From assembly GCA_027923505.1 (NCBI GenBank), contig BROI01000002.1:992001-1056000 (forward strand): DNA of 64,000 nucleotides. Direction: 5' to 3'. Below the pieces are notes generated by a model. That model saw nothing but the letters and a program-made list of their open reading frames with translations. It did no database searches and had not been told where the DNA came from. The translations under genes were made by a program, and so were the position numbers. Source of the DNA: Mayamaea pseudoterrestris. Its lineage: Eukaryota. Of the stretch, positions 23,224 to 35,275 are shown in pieces; the stretch's first letter is position 1, and every line of letters begins with the position of its first letter.

Positions 23224-24051
23224 TCAGCTTGAAGGAGACGAAGCAATGCCCACTGATGGCTCGGTCACTCTCAAAAAATGGCTCTTTGGTGCAAGTGTAT
23301 CAAGTCGACCCTCCAAGTGCTGAATCCATGCAGGCCAATGATTCTGGCGCGCATAAAACAATGGCGTGTGTCCACGCCGGTCCTTAATGTACAGTAAGTC
23401 AGGACAAACGTTAATTATCAGATCAACCAGCGCAAAGTTTGGAACGGTCGACCAGCAAGCGTCATGCAGCGGGGTCCGTCCGTAATCATCGCAGATTGCG
23501 GGAGATAGCTTGGCCTCGTAGAGTAGAAATTGAACCACATCGACAAGTTCCTTCCGTGCGGCCAAGTGTAAAAGGCTTTCGCCGAAACGGTTACTGCATT
23601 TCAAAGTTCGCCTCTCCTTGTGGTACTGACGGAGCAATGGAACGTTGCTAGTACGAACTGCGTCAATCATATCCAATGTGTAAGCATCAATGTCCTCCTC
23701 CGTCGGATGTGCAAAAAAGTTTTCAAGATCCTGAAATTGACAGACTTTGACGTGTATGCCTCGATGTTGGCGAAGCTTGTCGACGAGGAATTCATGCGGA
23801 TGCTGGCTTGATGGTATCTGCGAGCGCATGTCCTTCTCGACAGACGCAATAACGCGAGCATTATGGTTCGTTTCTGTCCGAGCCATGGTTTGTCGGGTTT
23901 GTAAGTGTTGCAACGAGGATGATCGACGTTTCAGACTCTTGGCCGACATGAGCAGGTCTTTGGTTTGGGACAGTCCGAGAATGTGACTGTCCTGCGTGAA
24001 AGCAAACGGTGTTTTGCTGTACATGCTGGGCAAGTATTTGGAGCGAAACAC
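23224..24051 (-). CDS. Small ankyrin-repeat protein
   Basis: NRFGESLLHLA, DDYGRTPLHDACW, DRRGHTPLFY; start uncertain. Confidence 0.8.
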   Translation of the reverse strand: MFRSKYLPSMYSKTPFAFTQDSHILGLSQTKDLLMSAKSLKRRSSSLQHLQTRQTMARTETNHNARVIASVEKDMRSQIPSSQHPHEFLVDKLRQHRGIHVKVCQFQDLENFFAHPTEEDIDAYTLDMIDAVRTSNVPLLRQYHKERRTLKCSNRFGESLLHLAARKELVDVVQFLLYEAKLSPAICDDYGRTPLHDACWSTVPNFALVDLIINVCPDLLYIKDRRGHTPLFYARQNHWPAWIQHLEGRLDTLAPKSHFLRVTEPSVGIASSPSS

Positions 24052-24699
24052 TCCGAAAAGGTAGTAGGCGTTGCGGAATCAAGTTTATGCTGCAATGTTG
24101 GCCTGCATCTCGATAAAGAACGCGTGCGATCGTCGACCTTGTCCTCCTTGCCCTTCCAACCATCGGCGTTCTTTCCTCCTTCTGTGCACCACGTTGGCAT
24201 GTTGCAGTGTCAAGGGAAACCACTCAATTACTGCCCCTGCCGGGAGGCAATACAATAAGAAGCTTTTTAAACATCATCAATTCTGACACGACTACGTGGC
24301 AATGACCATGAGTCAAAACCAGAAAAACAACAATGAGTCATGTGTCGTCATCGATGAAGTGAACGTCACAGGCTGAATTCGGAGTAAAATGCAGGTCGAA
24401 AGCATGAATAAGACGACGTTAGTGCATACCGCAATGCTCGACCATGGCATTTACTTTTCTTGACATTGACAATAGGCTAAAAGGTTTAAAGTGGTATTCT
24501 AGCAGTTTGACGGAATGCTATGAGCTCACTTTCGACAGTAGTTTTCAGTGCCGACGAAAGTACTTCTCAGTTCATAGTGACGTCATAAAAGATATCGGAG
24601 AGCGACAGCCGTCGATCTTGACCATGGCGAAAAGAAAAGGTTTATCGAACGCGCATACTTTTAGGAGGAAAACGCAAAAAGTCGTCGAAACCAAGCACC

Positions 24700-27600
24700 A
24701 TGCCGCCGACTGAAAGTCGTCCTGAAAAAGATGCTGGTGTTATAGTAGGACCCACATTGACGCCATCCGAATTGGATAAAAAGCTTTACCGATTAATTTT
24801 GCTACCGAATGGATTAAAATGTCTCTTGATCGAGGATGTCTTGGCGACGGCGCCAATAATTGGTAATGAGAGCGATGACGAGAGCACAGACGACAGTGAT
24901 GTAGAAGACGAAAGGAAGGATGATCATCATGGCGATGATGACGACGACGACTTTGACGATGTCGATTCGAACGACGAACCCGAGCTTCGCGACGCAGCAG
25001 TCTGCATCGTTGTTGGCGTCGGCAGCATGTACGATCCACCGGAATGTCAAGGTTTGGCCCATTTTCTGGAACATTTGTTGTTCATGTACGTATTGTGGAC
25101 AGAGAAGATATCTTTTCGGCGAGCACACAGTCGATGATAATGGATAATGGCTCACTTTTTCCCTTGCTTCCGACCTGCACTACTGTTTCCACACACAGGG
25201 GATCATCAAAATACCCCAAGGAGAATGATTATGACTCGTTTGTCACCAAGCGCGGGGGATCGGCCAACGCCTGGACCGAGTGGGAGCATACGTCGTATAG
25301 CCTGGAAATTCCTCAAGACTCGCTTTGGGGCGCCTTGGACCGACTGGCCCAATTTTTCATCGACCCGCTTATGCTTCCTTCTGCCGTTGATCGAGAGCTG
25401 AATGCGATTGAGTCTGAATTCATGCTGCACAAGAATTCCGACTCAGTGAGGCGGCAGGCCCTACTTAGCGCAACATGTCGCGAAAACCATCCGATTGCCA
25501 AGTTTGCCTGGGGCAACAAGCGAAGCTTGCGCGATATTCCAGCGCAGCTTGGTGTCGATCCGCTTGAGCGACTATGGGATTTCTACAAGAGTTACTACTT
25601 TGCGGCCAATATGCGGTTGGTATTGTGCTCGGCGTACTCATTGGACGTTATGCAGCGCAAAGTACTTGAGCTGTTTCAAAACGTTCCGGCGCTGCCGCGT
25701 AGTTTTAATGGCAATTTACTACCAATATCTGTAGATCCAGACTCGATTTCATCATGGGACACATCGTCTTACAACAGTCCTATGGCTGACGCTGGGTCAC
25801 CGCTCGAACAACCAAGAATATACCGCATCGTGCCCGTCAAGGATCGACACGCTTTGTCCATCACTTGGAGCTTGCCTCCAATATTTGCCGACTGGAGATG
25901 CAAACCGTATGATTTCTTGGCACACTTGCTGGGACACGAAGCTAGTGGGTCTTTGCTGGCCTACATGAAGTCAAAGTCATGGGCAACGGACTGCATGGCT
26001 GGTGTGGGAGAGGATGGGTGTGAACGAGCGAGCAGTCATGCATTGTTCACGATCAGCTTAACGTTGTCGGAGCAAGGGGTTATGGGATGGAAGTCCATCG
26101 TCGATGCTACTTATCAGTATATTGGTATGCTAAGAAAGCAGAGTATGGAGGGATGGCCGCCGTGGATGTTTGACGAGCTTCAACGAATGCATGAACTGTC
26201 CTACAGGTACGAAGACGAACAGTCGCCCGACGAATTGGTGGAAGGCATTGCCGACGACTTTTCGCCGCATGCCGACATGCCGCCGGAGCGACTATTAGAT
26301 GGAAGCTCCCTGATGTTTGACTTTGATGCAGTAGCAATACAGAAACTGCTCGACGAATACTTGGTTCCAGGCAAGGCTAGAATTGATTTGTCATCCAGCA
26401 CCTTTGGTCAATCAGCAGACTATTCAGATAACACCGCGATGGAAGGCATTGAGACGAAACTTTGCCATCTGCGTCTTCATGTCGAAGAAGAAAATTTTAA
26501 TCATGAGCTTGCTGGTAAACCAAACGTTGAACCAATGTTTGGGACCACCTTTTGGTGCAGCGAGATTCCTGAACATTACATCGAACACTGGTCCAAGCTT
26601 GCTGAGCCGCAGGCACCTACGATTGCAATTCACTTGCCTCCACGCAATCCTTTTATTCCAACCAAATTCGAGTTGAAACCTTTACCCGATCACGATTCAC
26701 GACATCCTCTAATCAACTGCTCACTTAAAGTTTCCGTGCGTGTTGGTAAGAAAGTCCAATGGTTGCCAGCCACGCCGATTCAGTACGATAGCAAAAATAA
26801 CTTGTTGCTACTTTCATACGAAGGTGACAATGAGCAATGGCATGCGATTGATAAAGCTGCATCCGACGCTAAGTTCACTTCATTGCGAGCAGGCGATGAA
26901 GGAACTTTGGACAAGAAGCGGATCAAATTCAGAGTTTTGTCCGTATCGCACTCGGGCAGCGCACCTCGATTGTTTGGCGATGGGACGGATTTTGACGTTG
27001 AGGACGGAACGGCGTTTCCGCCCATCCCTCCAGCTCTTGCTGCCAATCGTCTTCCACAGGAGATTTCTAATACAAATGTGCTCAAAATGTGGTTTATGCA
27101 GGATCGCCATTTTCACAGACCGACTGCCGACTTTCGGGCACAAATCGTTTGCGCCCAGGCGCACTTGACGTCAATACACCGAGCAGCTGCCGATTTGCTC
27201 ATGGAACTTGTCGTCGATGCTCTGACAGAACCTGCCTACCTCGCCAGCCTCTGCGACTTGACTTACTCCATTGAAGCGACTAATATCGGGTTTTCCGTGT
27301 CCGCTAGTGGGTATGACGACAACATAATGAGCTTGGTCATAAAGGTGTTGGATACTTTATTTAGCTTCCGCAAGACAAAGGGTATTCTACCGAGCGACAT
27401 AAATGAGAAACGGTTCGGAGCATGCATTGAGCTACTGGAGCGAAAGTACAAAAACGCAGGAATGAACGCGTCAAGTCTCTGCAGCAATATACGCTTACAG
27501 TGTATTTGTCCGTCGTACTGGTCCGCAAATGAAAAGTTAAAAGCCCTGTCGTCGCTAAAGACGGTCAATAATTTCATGCAGACAGCAAATACCCTTTTAA

Positions 27601-28448
27601 GCGACTTTGCAATTGAAGCCCTATACCATGGCAATATTGACAAGACAGATGCCGTTAATGCGAAAAATATGATTCTTCAGCTCGTCGGCACCGGTATGAA
27701 AGGGCTCGCAAGGAAGAGTTATCCGTCACAATCCGTTCTCAAGATCCCTAGGTCTACAGCGCCGACGATTGTGCGAGTACCCTCAGTTGATCCAGCCGAA
27801 CCCAACACGGCTGTCGAACTGTACATTCAAGTCGCCAAGGACAATCTTCGCGAGCGCGTTCTGCTGGACTTGCTCGTGCATATACTCGAAGAGCCGCTTT
27901 ACGACCAGCTCCGCACTAAAGAGCAGATGGGATATGACGTTTCTTGTGATACCCGATGGTCGTATGGTATCATGGGCATTGTATTTCATATTGTGACGAA
28001 TGTGATGAGCGCCGAAGCAACACTCGACAGAGTGTTGAAGTTTTTGCATGACCAGCGGAAGGAACTTGAGACTCTAAAGGATTTTGGCGAGTACGTTAAT
28101 GGCTTGGCAAGGCAAAAATTGACAAGTTTCAACTCGTTGACGGATGCGACGAATCATTATTGGTCTGAGATCCGTGACGGATCCTTTCAGTGGCAATCTT
28201 GGAGAGATGAGGCAATTTGCTTGCAAGGAATTTCCAAAGACGAGTTGTTGCAGACGTTTGATAAAATTTTTGCTCTTAATAACATGGTTGCAGTGCAAGT
28301 GATTGGCCATGGAGAGGGTGAGGTGTCTTTGCAGAGGCCGAACGTGGATGGTCCCAATGTGCGAGACTTTCTGGATGCGCAGATTGCGGTGCTTCGCGGT
28401 CGTTGCAAGAATCAAACGTGGGGTCGCATTAACTCTAAACTTTTCTAA
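24700..28448 (+). CDS. M16A metallopeptidase, nardilysin/insulysin-like (intron 25086-25198)
   Basis: YRLILLPNGLKCLLI, acidic insert, inverted zinc motif GLAHFLEHLLFM|GSSKYP, NAWT, HLLGHE, LYDQLRTKEQMGY. Confidence 0.93.
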
Positions 28449-28472
28449 TCAAACGTCCGACCCCTCATGCAT

Positions 28473-30493
28473 TTAAGCACTGTTAATGTTTAGCGAGAGC
28501 ATTTGTTTGAGTTTCTCAATGGCCAAGCGCGACGCTGTTTTCGCTCCGACCATTACGAGAGGCACTCCATTGCCTGGCCTAGAGCTTGCGCCGACAGCTA
28601 TTACATTCGGAGTCCGTAAAAAGTTTGGGCCTGGTCTGCGGAGGCTAAGCTGACCAAACCCGTGGCTGAGACCAAACGGCGTGCCTGCAGCAAGGTTGTA
28701 CAAATCAGCATACGTAGCAGGAGTATCAACCACTTCATCTAAAATGTGCGTTTCGAGGTCAGGCAAGGAAACTGTGGCAGCGAGTCTTTGCAACACCGCG
28801 CTTCTAATTGTTTGAATGACGCCCGGATCCATCTGTCGTTTATAGCTTTCAATCGTCTCACCCCTAGAAAGATTTCGACTTTCGGGCAGGCGCTTTAGCG
28901 TTTTGGTTGGAACCAAGATCATGAGCGAGTCACAACCCTGATGATGAAGCAACACGAGATAGCGTGAGTTTTCGACAAGATGAAGGACATGCCAACAGCT
29001 AGTCGGCGATAGATTAATGAACTTGCCTTTGGAGCGGCCGTTGCGTCCGTGCAAGTGGCACGATGTACGTAGAAATTAAAGGGCGCGTCGCCAGTAAAAT
29101 TTGCATACTTGTCACGAAGTGCACTCCAGCTCTCCCGAGACTCGTCCGAACTGCCAGCAGCGAGAAAGACGTTATGAGTGCTAAGCTCATGGAGCTCCGT
29201 GTCTAGCGACCAATGAAAAGCGACTACACCCGAGCTGAACATTAAATCTCGTCCTCCCTCTTTTTCAACCCAGTCGAAGCGTGGTTTGTGATGAGTAGTC
29301 TTTTCATCATCTGTAACGAGACACTTTGCCGCGTAGGGGAGATCGGCATTGATAACAATCAAATCAGCCGGCATAAAGCGACTCTCAGCGCTAGAATCAG
29401 TAGTGCCACAAAGGCAAACTCCATCCGATGACACTTTTGTCACTGTTTGATTGCATTCAATCAGGACGCCCAACTTTCGTGCAAGCATTTCCAATGCATT
29501 TGTCACTGCTTGAAACCCGCCAATCGGCGCATAAACTCCACATTTTGAATTTGTGGGATGCAATTCAATTGCCGACAGCAATCCAAACACGGCTGGAGCC
29601 GACGAGCCAAAAACTCCTCCGAACGCCTGCTTGTCGTTTCGAAAGGGTTCCAAACCAACGTACAAGTCTTGAAAGGAGGCCACGGCCTTCATCTTATCCG
29701 ACTGAAAGAAGGAATCCAAAACGTCAGAGTGTGGCTTGAGTGGCCAAGCCTTTCCAAAATCCCTCAAAGATTCGCGTAGAAAGGCTGGAAAGCTACCAAG
29801 ATCTAGTCGATTTTCAATAAAGTTTGGCAATCCACAGTCTAGAAAGGCTTCGCATGCCTTCATGTACGCGTCCCAATGTTTCGACCCGTTGGTTTCAAAC
29901 GTATCCATTCTATCGCGAGATTGCTGTATCTCCGTTGCAAACCTATCGTCTGCTGCTTCTAGATAGCCAACTTGAATGCGACTGCCATCGTCAAAGACGC
30001 ACTGGTAGGCTGGCACGCATTGCTTCCAGTGCAGGCCACACGCTTGAGCTGTCGTGTTGCAGTCGGTGAACAGTTCCTCGTATATTTGTGGTAGCAGCAA
30101 CAAGCTTGGTCCATGTTCATGTCGAAAGGTCAACCTTTCGTCATTGCCAATGTCATCACTGTCGTCTCTTGTTTGATTCACAGTCAGTACCGACTTTGAT
30201 AGTGTCACATGGAAGGACCCACATCGTCCGCCGATGCGCTCGTTGCGTTCCAAAATGGTAACTTGCACGGCGCCGGCCAAACTAGCCTTGATGCGTGAGG
30301 CAATGGCAAGGCCGCCAATACCGCCTCCGACAATGACGACTTGCTTTTGAATCATATTGCTTGGGTCTCGTTGTGTCGTCGGCATGTCTTGTTGTATTGG
30401 AGTAGGAGGAAGCTGCGGCGGAGAAAAGGCCGTGGCTGAAATGGCAATGATGGCGAGTACATTGTACCAACAGCAGCACTTTCGTCTCTTCAT
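28473..30493 (-). CDS. CrtI-type phytoene/carotenoid desaturase-like FAD oxidoreductase, predicted plastid-targeted (GC-AG intron 29026-28938)
   Basis: Signal + ATAFSP; VIVGGGIGGL...ERNERIGGR; GPSLLLLP; FQDLYVG; GVYAPIGG; NADLPYA; TDATAAPK|GCDS; FGLSH; VGASSRPGNGVP. Confidence 0.85.
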
Positions 30494-30769
30494 ATCTCTT
30501 GTCTGCTGATAAAATGTGGGGTAGAGTACAGTATGTAATAGTATATCGAAGAAAGTACTTTGACAGTGAGTCGGTCAATTGGCAAGTCGAGTACTGGTAG
30601 GAGTCTCGGTGACTCGGCTTTCGGTGTCAGCGGCTAATTCTTTTTCACGTCGCCTACCGTAGAATTGTGAGACCTTCCTTGCTTGGCTGCGATGCTGTAT
30701 GTCACTTCTTGCCCCAGGATCTGCAAGACGACAATGGACAAAGTAATCATGATGGATCGCGGATCATCC

Positions 30770-31051
30770 ATTACGCCATCAGGCAATAATACGAAACGAG
30801 TGCTAGTGTCAGTCACGTCATCAGGCAATAATACGAAACGAGTGCCAGTGTCAATTACGTCATTAGGCAATAATACGAAACGAGTGCCAGTGTCAATTAC
30901 GTCATCAGGCAATAATACGAAACGAGTGCCAGTGACAATTACGTCATCAGGCAATAATACAAAACGAGTGCCAGTGACAATTACGTCACAAGAGGCAATA
31001 ATGAAACTTCCGGTAGTGCCAGTGTCAAACACGTCATAAGGCAATAATACG
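30770..31051 (+). repeat. Tandem array 1 of the 42-bp unit AGGCAATAATACGAAACGAGTGCCAGTGTCAATTACGTCATC
   Basis: AGGC at 30781, 30823, 30865, 30907 and 30949, then degenerate copies at 30993 and 31039. Confidence 0.95.
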
Positions 31052-31185
31052 ATAATCAGTCGCAGCGGTACTTACAGCGACTCGCTTCCCGCGACAAATT
31101 TTCTTGGCCATGGAGAACCACAAAGTCGACTGCAGGCGGATACTACTTCCATCGTGAGCAACATAGAAATACTAAATTTGGAAAT

Positions 31186-33852
31186 ATGGCGCCGTTGGAA
31201 GATGAAGAATCTTATAATGCGCTGCAGCTACACGATCCCGCAGCAGACGCTGAGAATCTAGTCAAGCCACTATTGGAAGCAATTTCGTCGTACGAACAAG
31301 TCAATCGCCTGCGTGAGCTAAAGCTTGTCATTGCCGAAACATGTCAAGACTTTGTTCGAGAAGCGTTAGCTGCTTATGTGATACAAAAAGTTGTTTTGCT
31401 AGAGCCATCTGAAACGCCAGTGTACTTGGAAACGCTCCTCGCTTGTGGATCTTTATCGGTTCTCACTGCTTCCATACGACTATTGAAGGATGCAACAAAT
31501 CTGCAAGCGAATACGCTCAAGACTATCATCATGACTTTGAAACACATTCTATTCAACATTTGTTGGTGGAAGGAGATTGAATGCAGTTCGACTTTCGAAG
31601 AGGAAGCAGCAATCGACGCCTGGGTTCAATGTGTTTTGCTCATTCCGCAACTAATTGCCAATGCCTGCCGCGCCGTCCATCATTCCTTGCCATCCTGGTC
31701 TGTTCCATCCCGGTATTTTGTTCGACTTGTTCATGCGACGACATTAGCATGGGAAATAAATGATTGCAACACGGCCTTGTTTATGAAGAATCTTTTGCAA
31801 CGATTGCTGCGGCGTAATCACGGCGACTTGATTGCTCAGGGCCTTTGGGATTTTCATGAAGCTGCAACAACGCTTTCCAGTGTAAATTTACACGACTCTA
31901 CTATGTATACGTACTTGTCACAGCACTTGATAGCCAAGGAAGCCGCTATTCTTTGTCAATCGATACTTCAGTTGGTAGTTACAAAGAGAAAAGTCAGCGA
32001 CGCCAGTAAGGTTTGGATGATCCAGTCGGCATGTGTGCACCTATTAGCAAATCAAGCTGCGCAGGAAGCTTTGGTGAGGACTGCCGTGCTGCACCAAAAG
32101 TCCGTCATGGCCGATGAACGAATGGATCAATCGTTCATGGAACTGACAGTAGACTTGCTCGTCATGACTGGTGCAAGAGTGTCAGAAATGCGCGAGAACT
32201 GTAATGACGATTCATCATGTAGTAGTGATGAAGACGAGGACAAGAATGGCGTCAATAGCAAGGCGAACACATTCTATACGTCGCACCTCGACACAGTCGC
32301 ATCCGCCTGGGCCCATGCAAATTTCGTTCGACAAATGGACGTTTCCATGCAAAAACATGTCACTCACTTTATACTGCATGGCTTGCGACAAGATGAAAGC
32401 AGCGCTGGAACGATTATGCCCGAGAGTGACCTTGTGAATAGTCTCATGATGGGTGTTTCGGAGCGATTATCGTCTAGTGTTTCGGTCGTTCGACTCGGCG
32501 GAATGCGAGTCGGAGAAGCCTTGGCGCGGCGTTTTAATCAGGAGCTGCAATTTGAAGAGCTTCGAGACGCAGAAAAGATTGGTATGGCTGCAGTTGTACC
32601 ACAGGTACAAAAAAATGAAGTCGTCGAAGCTACTGCGCCGTCAGAGGATACTCAAGACTCGACTGTAAAGGATGCCGACTTGAAGCGGCTTCAACCATTA
32701 GACGATGATTCAGACTGGGAGAGCGACGATGAGCTGCAACCTTTCGATTTGAATGACGATGAAGAGGACTTGCGTGACATTCCTCGTCCACTGTATCTGA
32801 ATGATTGTTTGGATCTTTTGCGCGCACCAGAAACGGACGAACACGCTGCAAGCAAACTGATGACTGTTTTACAGGAACTGCCGGCACTGGTACGTTCCCG
32901 TCCAGCCGACCTTGCCGATGTAGGCCTCCACCTCGCGCTGCAGCTGATCAATACGGAAAACAAGTTCAAATTCAAGAAATTCGGCGATCAGGTACTCGAT
33001 TCACTCGCCGCTTTGACGGTGCAAGAGCCATTGTCGGTTGGCATGCCTTTGATTGAAACAATCTTTGAAGATTTGAGCTTGAGATGCCGAACGGATATTT
33101 TAAATACTCTTAATCATTCAGCGTTTGAATTATCCGGAGCCAAGGAGATTCAGGCAGTAAAACAATTGCGACTTGAGCAGTTTCAAAGGTAAGTCATGAC
33201 TGAGTATGCTCATAATGCTAATGTCATTTCGTTGATACATTACTTACAATCAGCTCGTATACATTCAAACTGCAGCAGGATACAAGCGACAACAAAGGTA
33301 TCAGGAAAGCGCCAACTAGTTGCGAACGCTTCTGACGCTAGTGGGGAAACGTCAAGGACTCGTCGGTGGGGACGAGGGCAAGACCGACCGGTTCTAGCCA
33401 CAGTTACAAACACATTTGCTTCTGTTGCTCCAGCTTGGTTTTACGCGCTTGTTGGGAACTTTATGCAGCGCAAAGGCGACACTCGTCTGTGGGCTGGCGA
33501 TACTGGATCCAAGCTACTGGCGCATTTGTTCGTGTCATTGTCGGTCATAGTTGAATGTTCGGGCAACAACCCTGGGACGGCCGTTCTTGCCAAGGATTTG
33601 TTTCAGCTTGTTTGGACGTTTCGTGACGCCGATGTTCCGGAAGTGCGAGCTTCAGTCCTCTGTGGAGTGGCAACATCGTTGGCGTGCCTCGGCGAAGAGG
33701 CGGCGCTTGGTTTGTTGACGAGCGGCAGTGCAGATGGCTTGCCCCAATATCTGGTCGAAACATCGAGAAGCGATCCCGATGATGGATGCCGAGACTTGGC
33801 ATACCAAATTTCGCAAACAGTTGCCAAGGCGATTCGTTGCATTTCCTTGTGA
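31186..33852 (+). CDS. TEL2: Telomere length regulation protein TEL2/TELO2 (intron from 33189 to a NAGNAG acceptor at 33275/33278)
   Basis: GVSERLSS...RLGGMRVGE; acidic DDDSDWESDDELQPFDL followed by PRPLYLNDCLDLL; GETSRTRRWG...NTFASVA...FYAL. Confidence 0.85.
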
Positions 33853-34108
33853 GGCAGTGGATGATGACTCAGGCGATGATTGCAAGAAAGTGTACTCTAT
33901 GCTTATTCGAATTACATTTCTATCTGCTGTATGAACAGGCTCATAGTAGCACAATATCGTCTTGTAGTTCCCAATGTGGGCGGCAATGACTAATGGGCGC
34001 TAGCTCAAAGCTGCACGCCAATGGACCTACCGGTAGTCGCTAAATATCATAACGAAAGCACTACTAGTCAGTAGTTTGTAATGCTATTTATTACAATTCC
34101 TCATTCAG

Positions 34109-34984
34109 TCAATTATTGACATAACCAAAGGTTTGCGACCCGAGAAAGGTCAAAAGAGGAGGTGCATGGTCGTCCTGCGGTTGAAATAACTTCTTGTCAG
34201 CATTCCAATGCGACCGTCGGACGAATGCTTTCGTCACTTGCGCCGAAACAAGGTAATGATCTTTGTCAATGATGGCTGCATCGTCGCTAAGCATGTGAAG
34301 TAAATTGCACTCCAGGTGAGCAACAGTTCCTCGGACGGCAAAGTTCGAGTGATCGTCAGACAGCGGACGATTGCTACCAGGTGCCACTGCTTCCAAGCCA
34401 GGTATTCCCAATGGATACCGTGGTAGCTTCCTTTTTCGTCTCGTCTGCTTTCTACCTTTGCTGTTTGTCTGTATGCGTTCGTCTGTCGAATTGAAACTCA
34501 CTGGCGTCGCCTCTAAATTGTCTAGAGACGCAGCAGCAGCATGAGTCTGCTCTGGAAATTTGTCGGCCCAACGACCCGATACGCCACCCACCGCCAAGAC
34601 TAGTTCCTCCATTTTCTTGACAGGGACAGACAAGGAAAATCGCGTCACTGGCTGCTGCTGCTGAATCTGCTTGAACGCCGAGAAGGAATCGTACAAAATA
34701 CTGGCAGAGTGTCGGTGCTTGTTCATGCTAAAGACGAATCGTCCATGATTGTTTGTTGGTGTCAACCAAGAGAGAACCATGACGTTTCTGATTTGTGAGA
34801 TATCTTTACTGTTGACGACTTGATCGTTGATCTCGTCGTTGACGCAAGGAGGGATTGCTCTTGATGACTGACAGCAGGGAGGAGTGGTTGTGCCGAGAAA
34901 GCACACTGGATTCGGATACAGCAATCGACTGAATTGCTTTTCTTCCGTTAATTCAATCCAGTCATTGCTGCAACTATCTGCCAT
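34109..34984 (-). CDS. Flavin reductase-like (FMN-binding split barrel) protein
   Basis: RLLYPNPVCFL, NVMVLSWLTP, FSLSVP, VAHLEC, DHYLVSAQVTKA. Confidence 0.7.
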   Translation of the reverse strand: MADSCSNDWIELTEEKQFSRLLYPNPVCFLGTTTPPCCQSSRAIPPCVNDEINDQVVNSKDISQIRNVMVLSWLTPTNNHGRFVFSMNKHRHSASILYDSFSAFKQIQQQQPVTRFSLSVPVKKMEELVLAVGGVSGRWADKFPEQTHAAAASLDNLEATPVSFNSTDERIQTNSKGRKQTRRKRKLPRYPLGIPGLEAVAPGSNRPLSDDHSNFAVRGTVAHLECNLLHMLSDDAAIIDKDHYLVSAQVTKAFVRRSHWNADKKLFQPQDDHAPPLLTFLGSQTFGYVNN

Positions 34985-35275
34985 GATGTCATGACTTGGT
35001 CAAGAAAAATTTCATGCATGCATCCTCTCGAAAGTCGTGTAGTGGAAAGAGTCCATGGTCGTGATGACTCGCTCGTCGTTCGATGAGAAGAGGTGCTTGC
35101 CGCCGCAACAAATACCAGTGCGGCAGCAAGAATAATATGTCGTAGCGGTACTGTCACACGCCCCTCATCGCCACACTCGCAATTTCGCTGCCCATGGGAT
35201 TTACATTCATGATACACACGCCGTTCTCACCTTGACATACTGTCGTTCTCGACCAAATCCAGCGAAAAGCAAGTC

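Noticed and set aside
30634..31044. ORFs 30634-31044 (-) and 30683-31039 (+) with 14-aa repeats
   Set aside because: A by-product of a unit length divisible by three. Arrays 2 and 3 have stops and 1-2 nt indels and keep no such ORF.
30770..31051. Hammerhead ribozyme in the repeat (GAAACG...CGTC on +; CTGATGA on -)
   Set aside because: The two halves of the catalytic core are on opposite strands, and CTGATGA occurs only in some array 1 units. The small CAGT-GAAA-ACTG hairpin is present in only one allele. A covariance-model search would settle it.
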